Assembly (NCBI GenBank): GCA_030041455.1
Contig: JASHNV010000119.1
Location: 19,787-83,786, forward strand
DNA from: Spirochaetia bacterium
GTDB lineage: Bacteria; Spirochaetota; Spirochaetia; DAHUYW01
Length of the DNA stretch: 64,000 nucleotides
Reading direction: 5' to 3'
Each line of letters opens with the position of its first letter. Positions within the stretch are counted from its first letter, which is position 1. The translations under genes and the position numbers were made by a program. The notes under the pieces are model-generated. The model worked only from the letters and a program-made list of their open reading frames with translations. It ran no database searches and was not told where the DNA came from. Shown here one piece after another: positions 30,401 to 40,430 of the stretch.

Positions 30401-31120
30401 TCATGGACGAGTCGCGCAGTACGCGGCAAAGACCCCGTTCTTGTGGAGCACCTCCGGCCCGTCGAATCCGGCGGCGGTGAGCAGCGCGAACTGAAAGCCG
30501 AGCGACCTCGGGGTGTCCTCGCGCTCGACGTACCGAAAGACCTTCCGTTGATAGTCCTCTCCGCCGAGCCCGATCAGGTACTGGCGGTAGCGCTCCCACT
30601 GGACCCCTTGAAGCGCGGGCGACTCGTGCGACACGAGGTCGGCGACCCACAGGGTGCCTTTCGGCCTGAGCGAGCGAAAGATCGCGGCGAAAACGGTCCG
30701 CCACTCCGCCGGTTCGCGCAAATGGTGGAGCACCGCGGCCGCGACGCACAGATCGTAGGCCGCTTCGGGAAGCGCGATCGTCCTGATATCGTCTTGTATC
30801 GTCTCGACGCGACCCGAGGTCTCCCGAGATACCCGCTCGCGAGCCCGCTCGAGCATGGGCGCGCTCAGGTCGACGAGCGTACAGTCGAGCCCGCCGATTT
30901 TTCGGAGCATCTTGAGCGTGAAATTGCCGGCGCCGCAGCCGATGTCGAGGATCCCGGTGGCGCTCGGATTCGTCCGCGCCGCCGAGTCGGCGACCAGGTC
31001 GAGGACGAGCGCCGCGTCCATCGTCGAGGTCTGGCCGGTCTCGATGCTGGAGAAACGCTCGACCTCTCCGTCGAAACGCCGCCGTATCTCCTCGACGTCG
31101 GACTTTTCAGGGGCGTTCAT
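30401..31120 (-). CDS. Class I SAM-dependent methyltransferase
   Basis: 239 aa. SAM-binding motif I (ILDIGCGAGNFTL) and downstream acidic residue pattern. Confidence 0.7.
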   Translation of the reverse strand: MNAPEKSDVEEIRRRFDGEVERFSSIETGQTSTMDAALVLDLVADSAARTNPSATGILDIGCGAGNFTLKMLRKIGGLDCTLVDLSAPMLERARERVSRETSGRVETIQDDIRTIALPEAAYDLCVAAAVLHHLREPAEWRTVFAAIFRSLRPKGTLWVADLVSHESPALQGVQWERYRQYLIGLGGEDYQRKVFRYVEREDTPRSLGFQFALLTAAGFDGPEVLHKNGVFAAYCATRP

Positions 31121-31216
31121 CGCGGATTCACCCTATCGAACGTTTCCGCCGAGCGCAAGCGCCCCGCTCGAGCGCGGGCTCCTCGCCGAGGAGCCTCGTC
31201 GGCTTGAAACGTCGTG

Positions 31217-31870
31217 CTACGCCCGGCGCATCTCGACGGCGACGCTCCCGTCCTCCCCGACCGAGAGCAGCGCGTACCTTCCGCTCAGGAAAGGGCCTGG
31301 ATTGACGATTCGCGTGACGCCGAGCGTGTCGACGCCCTCCGATTCGTGAATGTGGCCGCACAGGCAGGCTATCGGCTGTCTCTCGGCGAGAAACTCCCGT
31401 ACCCGGGAGCTCCCGACGTGGCGGCCGCTCTGGATGACGTCGGCGGCGGTGCCGAACGGCGGCTGGTGGGAGACGAGCACGAAGGGACCCGAGAGTCCTT
31501 CGGCCGCGCTCCGAAGCCGTTCTCCGAGCTCCTCTTCGCTTCGGGTAAAGGGCGTGAAAGCGGGCCCGGAAAGCGAGGCGCCGAGGCCCGCGAAGGTGAG
31601 CCCGCCGAGGGTGCGGCTGCGCCCGTCGAGGTTGATCCCGATCTCGTCGAGATACTCGTCGACCTCGGGGAGATCGCAGTTGCCGCACACCGCGAGCACC
31701 CGGGGATTGAGCGCGCTTGCCTCCTCCACGATCGACTGCGCCTCGCGCCTTCCGCCGAAGTTCGTCAAGTCTCCCGCGAGAACGAGGATGTCGGCCGCCT
31801 TGATGTCGCCCGCCGCGGCGGTGAAGTGGGTCGCGCTCCCGTGAAGGTCGGCCAAAACAGCGATTGTCAT
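31217..31870 (-). CDS. Metallophosphoesterase (YfcE/calcineurin-like phosphodiesterase family)
   Basis: 217 aa. Metal-ligand motifs present (LADLHG, LAGDLTN, GNCD, SHQPP, GHIHE). Confidence 0.75.
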   Translation of the reverse strand: MTIAVLADLHGSATHFTAAAGDIKAADILVLAGDLTNFGGRREAQSIVEEASALNPRVLAVCGNCDLPEVDEYLDEIGINLDGRSRTLGGLTFAGLGASLSGPAFTPFTRSEEELGERLRSAAEGLSGPFVLVSHQPPFGTAADVIQSGRHVGSSRVREFLAERQPIACLCGHIHESEGVDTLGVTRIVNPGPFLSGRYALLSVGEDGSVAVEMRRA

Positions 31871-31916
31871 TCCGGACTCTCCTCCCGAGCCGTCTCCGAG
31901 CCCGCCGGACGCCGCG

Positions 31917-33152
31917 CTACCGAACGACCGCCCTGGAATAGCGCTTCTTTCCCGCGCGAAGGACGATCTCGCCGTCTCGGATCCAGCCGCGCTCCACCTT
32001 CGCTTCGACGTCGGCGACGTTCTCGTCGTTGACGAAGGCGCCGCCCTGCTGGATGAGCCGCCGCGCCTCGGCCTTCGAGGCGCAGAGCGCCGCGCGGACG
32101 AACAGTTCCGTGACCGTCATACCTTCCACCTCCGCGCGGCCGAGCTCGACGGCGGGGATGCCGCCGAGGCCGGCCTCAGCGGAGCCGCGCGCGTCGAAGG
32201 CCGCGTGCGAGGCCTCCCGCGCCTTGTCGGCCTCTTCGCGGCCGTGGACGAGCGTCGTGAGCTCGTGGGCGAGGATCTCTTTCGCGAGATTGATCTCTCG
32301 GTCGCGGAGCGCGCCGAGCCTCCGCGCCTCGTCTGAGGGCAGGAAGGTGAAGAGGAGGAGAAAGCGACCGACGTCCGGGTCCGGCACGTTCCTCCAATAC
32401 TGGAAGAACTCGTAGGGGCTCACGAGCTCCGGATCGAGGTAGACCGCACCCTTCTCCGACTTTCCCATCTTCTTGCCGTCGGAGCGGGTGATAAGCGGCG
32501 AGGTGAGCGCGAAGACCTCGGCGCCCTCGACGCGGCGGATGAGGTCCATGCCCGAGACGATGTTGCCCCACTGGTCGTCCCCGCCCATCTGCAGCATGCA
32601 CCCGTGTCTCCGATAGAGCACGAGGAAATCGTACGACTGCAGGACCTGGTAGTTGAACTCGATGAAGGAAAGCCCGGTCTCAAGGCGCGTCTTATAGGTC
32701 TCGAAGCTCAGCATCCGATTCACCGAGAAATGCACGCCGATGTCGCGAAGAAACTCGATGTAGTGAAGCGGCGCGAGCCACTCGCTGTTGTCGAGCATGA
32801 GCGCCTTTCCGGGACCGAAATCGAGGAGCTTGCCGATCTGCCGGCGAAAAGCCTCGGAGTTGGCGAGGATGGTCTCCGGCGACAGAATCTTCCGCTCCTC
32901 GGTCTTGCCGGACGGGTCGCCGATTCGCGAGGTGCCGCCCCCGACGAGCGCGATGGGCCGGTGGCCGAGGCGCTGGAGATGCGCCATGAACATGAGCTGG
33001 AGCAGGTTCCCCGCCGAGAGGCTCCGCGCCGTCGGATCGAAGCCGATGTAGAACGTCACGGGCCCGCGCTCGAAGAGCCGCCTGAGACCCTCCTCGTTCG
33101 AGCACTGGCTGACGAAACCCCGCTCTTTCAAGAGCGAGAGCGCGTCGCTCAT
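31917..33152 (-). CDS. tyrS: Tyrosine--tRNA ligase
   Basis: 411 aa. HIGH-type motif region (GFDPTARSLSAGNL), KMSKS (KMGKS) and C-terminal S4 domain. Confidence 0.95.
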   Translation of the reverse strand: MSDALSLLKERGFVSQCSNEEGLRRLFERGPVTFYIGFDPTARSLSAGNLLQLMFMAHLQRLGHRPIALVGGGTSRIGDPSGKTEERKILSPETILANSEAFRRQIGKLLDFGPGKALMLDNSEWLAPLHYIEFLRDIGVHFSVNRMLSFETYKTRLETGLSFIEFNYQVLQSYDFLVLYRRHGCMLQMGGDDQWGNIVSGMDLIRRVEGAEVFALTSPLITRSDGKKMGKSEKGAVYLDPELVSPYEFFQYWRNVPDPDVGRFLLLFTFLPSDEARRLGALRDREINLAKEILAHELTTLVHGREEADKAREASHAAFDARGSAEAGLGGIPAVELGRAEVEGMTVTELFVRAALCASKAEARRLIQQGGAFVNDENVADVEAKVERGWIRDGEIVLRAGKKRYSRAVVR

Positions 33153-34504
33153 GAGCCGACCCGCTTGTAGGCCTTGATCTCCGTGCGAATACGCTCGGAG
33201 AGCTCCGAGATCGGGACGCGGATCTGCTCCATCGAGTCGCGGAAGCGCAGGGTGACGGTCTTGTCCTCCTTGGTCTGGTAGTCGACGGTGAGGCAGTAGG
33301 GCGTTCCGATCTCGTCCTGGCGGCGATACCTGCGGCCGATCGCGCCGCCTTGATCGTAGAAGGTGGAGAAGTCCTCGCGGAGGCCTTTCTCGATCTCCCT
33401 CGCGATCTCCGCAAGCCCGTCCTTCTTGACGAGCGGGAAAACCCCCACGGTGATCGGGGCTATCTTCGGGTGAAAGTGCATGACCACGCGCGACTCCTCC
33501 TCTCCGGGAACCTCCTGCTCTTCGTACGCGTCGGCGAGGATCATGAGAACGGTCCGGGTCAGCCCCGCGGAGGTCTCGATGATGTAGGGGATGTAGCGCT
33601 CGTGACTCTCCTCGTCCAAGAAGTTCAGGTCCTTTCCGGAGTACTCCGCGTGGCGCGACAGATCGTAGTTCGTGCGGTCGTGGATGCCCTCGAGCTCCTT
33701 CCAGCCGAAGGGGAATTCGTACTCGATGTCGAAGGCGATCTTCGCGTAGAAGGCGAGCTCATCGGCGCCGTGCTGGCGGAAGCGCAGCTTCTCGGGCCGC
33801 ACGCCGAGCTTCGCGTAATAGGCCATGCGCTCGCTCTTCCAGTGCTCGAACCAGCGGCCGTCCTCGTCGGGTTTGACGAAAAACTGCATCTCCATCTGCT
33901 CGAACTCGCACGTCCGGAAGATGAAGTTCTTCGTCGTTATCTCGTTGCGGAAGGCCTTTCCGATCTGCGCGATGCCGAACGGAATCTTCACCCGGCTCGA
34001 CTGGACGACGTTCCTGAAGTTCACGTAGATGCCCTGGGCGGTCTCCGGTCGGAGGTAGACGACCGAGGCCTCGTCCTCGACCGGTCCGATGTGCGTCTTG
34101 AACATGAGGTTGAAGTTCCGAGGCTCGGTGAGCGGGCCGCCGCACTCCGGGCACCTTCGGGCGCGGCGGTTGTCTTCCGGCAGCTGATCCTCGCGGAAGC
34201 GGTTCTTGCAGTTCTTGCAGTCGACGAGCGGGTCGGTGAAGTTCGCGACGTGCCCGGACGCCTCCCACACCCTCGGGTGCATCATGATCGCGGCGTCGAG
34301 CCCGACAATGTCGTCGTGAAGCTGGGTCATTTCCCGCCACCAGAAATCGCGGACGCGATTCTTAAGCTCCACCCCGAGGGGACCGTAATCCCACGCGGAG
34401 GAGAGCCCGCCGTAGATCTCGCTCGACTGAAAGACGAACCCGCGCCTCTTCGCGAGGGAGACCAGCTTTTCCATCGTTACCGCGTTGTTCACCGTATCGG
34501 CCAT
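33149..34504 (-). CDS. glyQS: Glycine--tRNA ligase (dimeric GlyQS type)
   Basis: 451 aa. Class II motifs and a GlyRS-specific insertion with Cys cluster (CKNCKNRF...CPECGG). ATGA overlap with tyrS. Confidence 0.95.
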   Translation of the reverse strand: MADTVNNAVTMEKLVSLAKRRGFVFQSSEIYGGLSSAWDYGPLGVELKNRVRDFWWREMTQLHDDIVGLDAAIMMHPRVWEASGHVANFTDPLVDCKNCKNRFREDQLPEDNRRARRCPECGGPLTEPRNFNLMFKTHIGPVEDEASVVYLRPETAQGIYVNFRNVVQSSRVKIPFGIAQIGKAFRNEITTKNFIFRTCEFEQMEMQFFVKPDEDGRWFEHWKSERMAYYAKLGVRPEKLRFRQHGADELAFYAKIAFDIEYEFPFGWKELEGIHDRTNYDLSRHAEYSGKDLNFLDEESHERYIPYIIETSAGLTRTVLMILADAYEEQEVPGEEESRVVMHFHPKIAPITVGVFPLVKKDGLAEIAREIEKGLREDFSTFYDQGGAIGRRYRRQDEIGTPYCLTVDYQTKEDKTVTLRFRDSMEQIRVPISELSERIRTEIKAYKRVGS

Positions 34505-34537
34505 TGGACACTCCAGCGTGCGCCGCCCGAGCGGCGG

Positions 34538-36007
34538 TCACTTCGATAGCAGGCTCATCGCGCGCTCGATGCGCGATCGGGTCTTCTCGATCCCGAGGAG
34601 CCGGATCGAGCCGAAAAGAGGCGGCGAGACCCGGCTCCCGGTCACGGCCACCCGAACCGGCATGAGGAGATCGCCGAGCTTGACTCCCATCTCGTCGGCC
34701 TTCCCCCGAAAGAGCCGCTCCGCCTCCTCTTCGCTCCGCGAAGCGAGCCCTTCGAGGAGACCTGCCGCCTCGCCGAGCGCCGCGCGGGCGCCCTTCGCGT
34801 CGAGCTTCTTCGGCACGAGCTCCTCGGCGGGATATTCGGCCGGCTCGGCGAAGAGGAAGCGGAGGAGCCCGCTTGCGTCGTTGAGGACGCGCATGCGCTC
34901 CTTTATGAGCGGCATCGCCTCGCGCACGAGCGCGAGCTCGCTGGCCTGAGGATTCTCGGCGAGCACGCCGTCCCGCTTGAGGACGGGAACGACCAATTCC
35001 GCGAGCTCCTCGTCGCTCTTCATCCGGATGTAGTGGCCGTTGAACCAGTCGAGCTTCTTGTAATCGAAGACCGCGGGCGCCTTGTTGAGCCGGTCGAGGG
35101 TGAAGAGCCTCTCGAGATCGGACGTGCTGAAGAACTCGCGGGTATCGTCGTACGACCAGCCGAGGAGCGAGACGTAGTTGATGACCGCCTCCGGGAGATA
35201 GCCCGCGTCGCGAAACTCGCGCACGCTCGTCGAGCCGTGCCGCTTCGAGAGCTTCTGGCCGTCGGACCCCATGACCATGGGAAGGTGGCAGTAGATCGGC
35301 GGGGTCCAGCCGAAGGATTCGTAGAGAAGCACGTGCAGCGGCGCCGAGGGCACCCACTCCTGCGCCCTCAGGATGTGGGAGATCTCCATGAGGTGATCGT
35401 CGACGACGTTTGCGAGATGATAGGTGGGAAAGCCGTCCGACTTCAGGAGCACCGGATCGGGATTGATATCCTCGTTCTTCCGCTCGATGTCGCCGAGGAG
35501 CACGTCGTGCATGGTCGTGCCGCCCTCAAGCGGCACCTTGAACCTGATGACCGGCTTGATGCCCTCCGCCCGACTCTCGGCGATTTCGGCGGCGGAGAGA
35601 CTTCGGCAGTGGCGGTCGTAGCCCGGCGCCATCTTGTTCGCCGTCTGGATGCGCCGGATACGATCGAGGCGCGCCTCGCTGCAGAAGCATTCGTAGGCCT
35701 TGCCCTCCGCGAGCAACCGCATGGCGTGCTCCCGGTAGATCGCGGAGCGCGCCGATTGCACGTAGGGCGCAAAGGGGCCGCCGCAATCGGGCCCCTCGTC
35801 CCACCGAACGCCGAGCCATGCGAAGGTGTCGTAGAGGTCCTGGAGCGCTTCGTCGGAATAGCGGCCCTGATCGGTGTCCTCGATGCGCAGAACGAAGGCG
35901 CCCCGATTCGCGCGCGCGAAAAAATAGTTGAACAACGCGGACCGCACGCCGCCGATGTGCTGAAGGCCCGTCGGCGAGGGCGCGTACCGCACGCGGACAC
36001 TCATCAT
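34538..36007 (-). CDS. gltX: Glutamate--tRNA ligase
   Basis: 489 aa. HIGH (PSPTGLQHIGG) and KMSKS (KLSKRHG) motifs. Confidence 0.95.
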   Translation of the reverse strand: MMSVRVRYAPSPTGLQHIGGVRSALFNYFFARANRGAFVLRIEDTDQGRYSDEALQDLYDTFAWLGVRWDEGPDCGGPFAPYVQSARSAIYREHAMRLLAEGKAYECFCSEARLDRIRRIQTANKMAPGYDRHCRSLSAAEIAESRAEGIKPVIRFKVPLEGGTTMHDVLLGDIERKNEDINPDPVLLKSDGFPTYHLANVVDDHLMEISHILRAQEWVPSAPLHVLLYESFGWTPPIYCHLPMVMGSDGQKLSKRHGSTSVREFRDAGYLPEAVINYVSLLGWSYDDTREFFSTSDLERLFTLDRLNKAPAVFDYKKLDWFNGHYIRMKSDEELAELVVPVLKRDGVLAENPQASELALVREAMPLIKERMRVLNDASGLLRFLFAEPAEYPAEELVPKKLDAKGARAALGEAAGLLEGLASRSEEEAERLFRGKADEMGVKLGDLLMPVRVAVTGSRVSPPLFGSIRLLGIEKTRSRIERAMSLLSK

Positions 36008-36110
36008 GCTCCCTTGCGATATGGTTTCGCGGCCGGAGAGGAAATCACGTCTATGCGCGTTCTTCAGTATACGAGTTTGTCCGGCACCTGGGCAAGGGGC
36101 CCGATTCGGC

Positions 36111-37331
36111 TCAGGCCCCCTGCCGATACTGCCCGAGGAAGTCCCGCAGGCTCTTCATCGCGCTGCCGAGCTCGTCCTTGCGGGGAAGGAACACGACGCG
36201 AAAATGGTCGGGACGCGGCCAGTTGAAGCCCGAGCCCTGGACGAGGAGAACCCTCTTCGCGTGGAGGAAGTCGAGGACAAACTGCTGGTCGTTCGTGATG
36301 CCGAACTTCTCGACGTCGATCCTCGGAAACATGTACAGCGCGCCTTTCGGCTTGACGCAGCTCAGGCCCGGGATGTCGGCGAGGAGATTGTAGCAGAAGT
36401 CGCGTTGGTCCCGCAGGCGCCCGCCGGGGCGGACGAGGTCGTCGATGCTCTGGTAGCCGTGGAGCGCCGTTTGAATCGCGAACTGCGAAGGAACGTTGCT
36501 GCACAGGCGCATGTTGGAGAGCATCTCGATGCCCTCAAGATAGTCTTTCACGTGCGAACGACGCCCGCTCAAGACCATCCACCCCGCGCGGAATCCGGCG
36601 GCTCGGTAGGCCTTGGAGAGCCCGTTGAAGGTGACGGTGAAGACGTCGCTCGACACGGTGGCCGCCGATACGTGGCGCGCGTCCTCGTAGAGGATCTTCT
36701 CGTAGATCTCGTCGGAGAAAAGGATGAGCTCGTGCCGCGCGGCGAGCCTCGCGATCGCCTCGACGATCTCGCGGGGGTACACCGACCCCGTCGGGTTGTT
36801 CGGGTTGATGACGACGATGCCCTTCGTCCGCGCGGTGATCTTCTTCTCGATGTCCTCGAGGTCGGGATACCAGTCCGACGACTCGTCGCAGAGGTAGTGA
36901 ACCGCCCGGCCGCCGGCGAGGTTCACCGCCGCCGTCCACAGCGGATAGTCGGGCGCCGGAACGAGCATCTCGTCCCCGTCGTCGAGAAGGCCCTGCATCG
37001 ACATGACGATGAGCTCGCTCACGCCGTTCCCGATGTAGACGTCGTCGATGCCGACGTCCAGCAGGCCCTTCTCCTGGTAGTACTGCATGATCGCCTTGCG
37101 CGCGGCGAAAAGACCTTTCGAGTCGACGTAGCCCTGAGCGTTCCGGAGGTTGACGATCACGTCGTGGAGAATCTCCTCCGGCGCGTCGAATCCGAAAGGC
37201 GCGGGGTTTCCGAGGTTGAGCTTCAGGACCCGCAGCCCCTCCTCCTCGAGCTTCTTCGCCGCCTCGAGGACGGGCCCCCGGATGTCGTAGAGAACGTCGT
37301 CGAGCTTGTGAGATTTCTTGAACTCGCGCAT
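36111..37331 (-). CDS. PLP-dependent aminotransferase, AlaA/alanine aminotransferase-like (class I)
   Basis: About 406 aa from MREFKKSHKLDDVLYDIRGPV. Conserved LNLGNP and SKAY/RAAGFRAGW lysine region. The ORF-track extension to 38330 overlaps the next gene and is an artefact. Confidence 0.85.
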   Translation of the reverse strand: MREFKKSHKLDDVLYDIRGPVLEAAKKLEEEGLRVLKLNLGNPAPFGFDAPEEILHDVIVNLRNAQGYVDSKGLFAARKAIMQYYQEKGLLDVGIDDVYIGNGVSELIVMSMQGLLDDGDEMLVPAPDYPLWTAAVNLAGGRAVHYLCDESSDWYPDLEDIEKKITARTKGIVVINPNNPTGSVYPREIVEAIARLAARHELILFSDEIYEKILYEDARHVSAATVSSDVFTVTFNGLSKAYRAAGFRAGWMVLSGRRSHVKDYLEGIEMLSNMRLCSNVPSQFAIQTALHGYQSIDDLVRPGGRLRDQRDFCYNLLADIPGLSCVKPKGALYMFPRIDVEKFGITNDQQFVLDFLHAKRVLLVQGSGFNWPRPDHFRVVFLPRKDELGSAMKSLRDFLGQYRQGA

Positions 37332-37387
37332 GCGCTGCACCTCGTCTGTCGATCGCCACGCAAAATCGAGCGGAGAGCCGCTCCGCC

Positions 37388-38221
37388 CTAGTGGATGACC
37401 TTCGGGTCTCCTACGGCTCCGAAAGCGAAGAGCCATTCGGTCGCCTCCTGAACGAGCTTCGACAGGAGGACGACTTCGACTTCGTCCTTCGCCCGGTCGA
37501 GCTCCTTCTGCCACAGGATCGGACTGAAGCGCTTCTTCAGCGAGGCTTTTCCTTCCTCGAGCAGCCTCTCGACCCGCGGATCGTCGTTCGAAAAGGCGTC
37601 GAGCAGATAGTAGGAGAGCAGGAGCAGGACCGGCTCCCGCGAGCGTCGCGCGACGCCTACGAGCGTCTCGCGCGCCTCCTCGCGGCGCTTGAGGAGCATG
37701 AGCGCGAAGGCATGGTTCCACGAGATCCAGTTCTCCTTCGCGACGCGCTTGTTCCCCACAAACGCGCCGAAATAGCGCTCCATCTCCGCCGGCTCGTTCT
37801 TCAGGAGATAGGGAATACCCAGGGAAAGGGCAAAGGCGCCGACCAACGCGGGCTTTTTCTCGCGAATGAGCCGCTCGAGCCTCCCGATACCCTCCGTATT
37901 GGAATTGACCAGATAGCCGTTTATCAGTATTCTGACGTACTGGCGTCGGAGCCTGTTCTTTTCGAAGACTTGCGTCTCCAGGTAGCGCACGATGCCCGCC
38001 CAATCCTCCCGCTCGAGCAGGATGAACAGGCGCCAGTTGAGCGCGAAATAGAGGTTCAGGGCTCCGATGATCGCAAAAAAGATGACCGGAAGGTACCAGT
38101 CGCTGGCCCAGAACAGCTTCGCGTAGTCCCAGCCGATGACGAACAGGGGCATGAGGTAGATGACGAGGAACGCCACCACCAGCACAGCGTTGAATAAGAG
38201 AAAAATCACCTTGAATTTCAC
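37388..38221 (-). CDS. Hypothetical integral membrane protein
   Basis: 277 aa. Three N-terminal TM helices and a soluble helical C-terminal part. Codon usage is slightly AT-richer than neighbours. Confidence 0.5.
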   Translation of the reverse strand: MKFKVIFLLFNAVLVVAFLVIYLMPLFVIGWDYAKLFWASDWYLPVIFFAIIGALNLYFALNWRLFILLEREDWAGIVRYLETQVFEKNRLRRQYVRILINGYLVNSNTEGIGRLERLIREKKPALVGAFALSLGIPYLLKNEPAEMERYFGAFVGNKRVAKENWISWNHAFALMLLKRREEARETLVGVARRSREPVLLLLSYYLLDAFSNDDPRVERLLEEGKASLKKRFSPILWQKELDRAKDEVEVVLLSKLVQEATEWLFAFGAVGDPKVIH

Positions 38222-38295
38222 CAGCGGCGGCTCCTATGAGGCGTGCTCGGAGGAGTTTAGTTGAATAATCGCGAGGGGTCAACGGGAGACCGGCC

Positions 38296-39468
38296 GTGAA
38301 CCAGCTGCCCGTCCGGGAGCTTCCCGTCAACTCCTATATCGACGCGCCGGTTTTCCTCGACGAGAGCTACATTCTCCTCGCGCCCGATATTCCCGTGAGC
38401 CCCGCCCTCGTCAAGCGGCTCGGCGACTGGGAGTTCCGCGAGGTCTTTACCTCCGGGAGCGCCTCGGGCGCTCCTTCCGTCGAGACCGGCGCGGCGCCCC
38501 AGGCGAACCTCAACAAGAACCTCAAGGAAGAGGAGACCTCGAACGAGGTCTTCAAGAGCTACCGGCAGATCCTCGCGGCGGTCTCCCAGATCTTTGAGCG
38601 CTTCAAGACGAAGGACGAGATCAAGATCGCGGACACCTCCGATCTCGTGAAGCAGCTCATCGCGCTCGTGAAGGCGCAGCCGCGCTACGCGCTGAACCTG
38701 CCGGACATCGAGACGCCCGAGCAGGGCTTTCTCGTGAGCCACGCGGTGAAGACCTCGCTCCTTGCCGTCGCGCTCGCGGAGTTCCTGAAGCTCCCGCCGC
38801 ACCGGGTGATCGAGATCGGGATCGCAGGCCTGCTCCACATGATCGGGATGATGCGCATCCCGTCGGAGATCTATTTGAGCGATCGCCAGTTGGACCCGAA
38901 GGAGCGCCAGATGATCATGGCGCAGCCGATCCTCGGCTTCCGCGCCCTGAAGGCCGCGGGCTTCCCGATCCAGATCGCCGTCGCGATCCTCGAGCACCAC
39001 GAGCGCATCGACGGCTCGGGCTACCCGCGAAAGCTCACCGGCGACAAGCTCTCGCCCTACGGCAAGATCCTCGCGGTCGCGTCCTCCTACGTCGCCGCCG
39101 TTTCCGAGCGTCCGTTCCGCCAGGCTCGAGACGGGCACTCGGGAATCATGGATCTCCTCCGCGACATGGGGAAGAAGTACGACGAGAGCGTGCTTCGCGC
39201 CCTGGTGTTCACGCTGTCGGTCTACCCGATCGGAACCCACGTGGAGCTCGGAAACCGCTCGCGCGGAGTCGTCGTGAGCACGAACCCCGAGACCCCGAAG
39301 CTCCCGACGGTGAGGCTCCTCGTGAACGCGAAGGGCGAGCCGTTCCTCGACCAGCCGGTCGTGCAGGTCGAGGAGTCGGGCGAGCTCCAAATCGTCCGGC
39401 CCCTGAGCGCCGAGGAGATCGGCCGCATCAGGGAAAACAAGGCCCCCGGCGCCGCTCAGGCGCCCTGA
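38296..39468 (+). CDS. HD-GYP domain phosphodiesterase (c-di-GMP hydrolase family)
   Basis: 390 aa. GTG start. HD motif (GLLHMIGMM) and HHERIDGSGYP signature. Confidence 0.8.
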   Translation: MNQLPVRELPVNSYIDAPVFLDESYILLAPDIPVSPALVKRLGDWEFREVFTSGSASGAPSVETGAAPQANLNKNLKEEETSNEVFKSYRQILAAVSQIFERFKTKDEIKIADTSDLVKQLIALVKAQPRYALNLPDIETPEQGFLVSHAVKTSLLAVALAEFLKLPPHRVIEIGIAGLLHMIGMMRIPSEIYLSDRQLDPKERQMIMAQPILGFRALKAAGFPIQIAVAILEHHERIDGSGYPRKLTGDKLSPYGKILAVASSYVAAVSERPFRQARDGHSGIMDLLRDMGKKYDESVLRALVFTLSVYPIGTHVELGNRSRGVVVSTNPETPKLPTVRLLVNAKGEPFLDQPVVQVEESGELQIVRPLSAEEIGRIRENKAPGAAQAP

Positions 39469-39555
39469 GGGAGGCTGCCGGTCGGAAAGCTTCGTTCCCG
39501 GAAGCAGCGCGCCCGCCTGCGCTCCGCCGAGGGAGGCGCGGAACGTCGCCCCGGC

Positions 39556-40101
39556 TCAGCCGTCGGCAATCTTCGTCGCCCTCGTTATGCCGGGATTGGC
39601 GAAGCAGTCGGTCTCGTCGCGAGCGACGCTCGAAAAGCTGAACAGGATCGCGCCGCTTCGCCCCGCCTGAAACCAATGCTTCTGACCCGGCTTGCAGAGG
39701 AGCTGGTCCCCCGGCTTCATGACGATTTCGTGCCGCAGGCGGTAGTATGCGGCCGAAACCGCCGGGATCGCGCCCAAGCTCAGGGTATCCTCCCCCTCCA
39801 CGTAAAAGCGGAGAGTTCCGTCGAGAAGCCGCACGGTCTCCTCTTTTCCCGGGTCGTCTCCGACCGGCGGGTGCCAATGCTCCGGTTCCGTCTGATCGGG
39901 GAAAAGACAGAGAAGCTTTACGCTGATCCGGCCCGTGTGAACGAGCGTGAGGATCTGCACGCCCTCGATCTCGAGGCGGCCCAGGCCGAAATCCACGACC
40001 TCGATATTCTCGCACTCCCGCTCGCTGATCGCGAATCCGATCCTTCGGAATTCCGCGGCCGCCCTTCGCTGCGCCTCGCGCTGCTCCTTTCGCGTGATCA
40101 T
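39556..40101 (-). CDS. Cupin-fold sugar isomerase (D-lyxose/D-mannose isomerase-like)
   Basis: 181 aa. Motif TEPEHWHPPVGDDPGKEETVRLLDGTLRFYVEGE is consistent with metal-binding cupin sugar isomerases. Family-level call only. Confidence 0.5.
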   Translation of the reverse strand: MITRKEQREAQRRAAAEFRRIGFAISERECENIEVVDFGLGRLEIEGVQILTLVHTGRISVKLLCLFPDQTEPEHWHPPVGDDPGKEETVRLLDGTLRFYVEGEDTLSLGAIPAVSAAYYRLRHEIVMKPGDQLLCKPGQKHWFQAGRSGAILFSFSSVARDETDCFANPGITRATKIADG

Positions 40102-40430
40102 CCCTCACCCCTCCCCGATCGGCCCGCCCGTCTCGACGCCTCGCCTCTCCGCGTCGAAAAGAGCCGCGCCCTGTCGATCAAGCGGGCGCACGATCCCGTG
40201 CGCCCGCCGATGGTCTCGCCTCGTTCCCGCCTCCCGCGTGTCCGGGTTCCCTCCGCGCGCGTCACGACCTCTCACGCGGTCGTCAGACCGACCCGGATCC
40301 TCCTTAGGGCGCCCGAGGCGGACCGCCTCATGCCCGCAAGGAGGCGCAAGGCCGCCTTTCTTCGTTACGCTCCGCGGCCTAGGCCTTCCCGCTCCCGTGA
40401 GCGGGAGCATCGCCTGAATCCCGGAATTGC

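Noticed and set aside
30017-30480. ORFs 30017..30316(-) and 30115..30480(+) across the tRNA-Phe locus
   Set aside because: They overlap a canonical tRNA cloverleaf. No coding signal.
36111-38330. 739-aa ORF extending the aminotransferase upstream across the membrane-protein gene
   Set aside because: The N-terminal 330 aa are low-complexity. The aminotransferase homology begins at the MREFKK start (37331), and 37388..38221 is a separate membrane protein in another frame.
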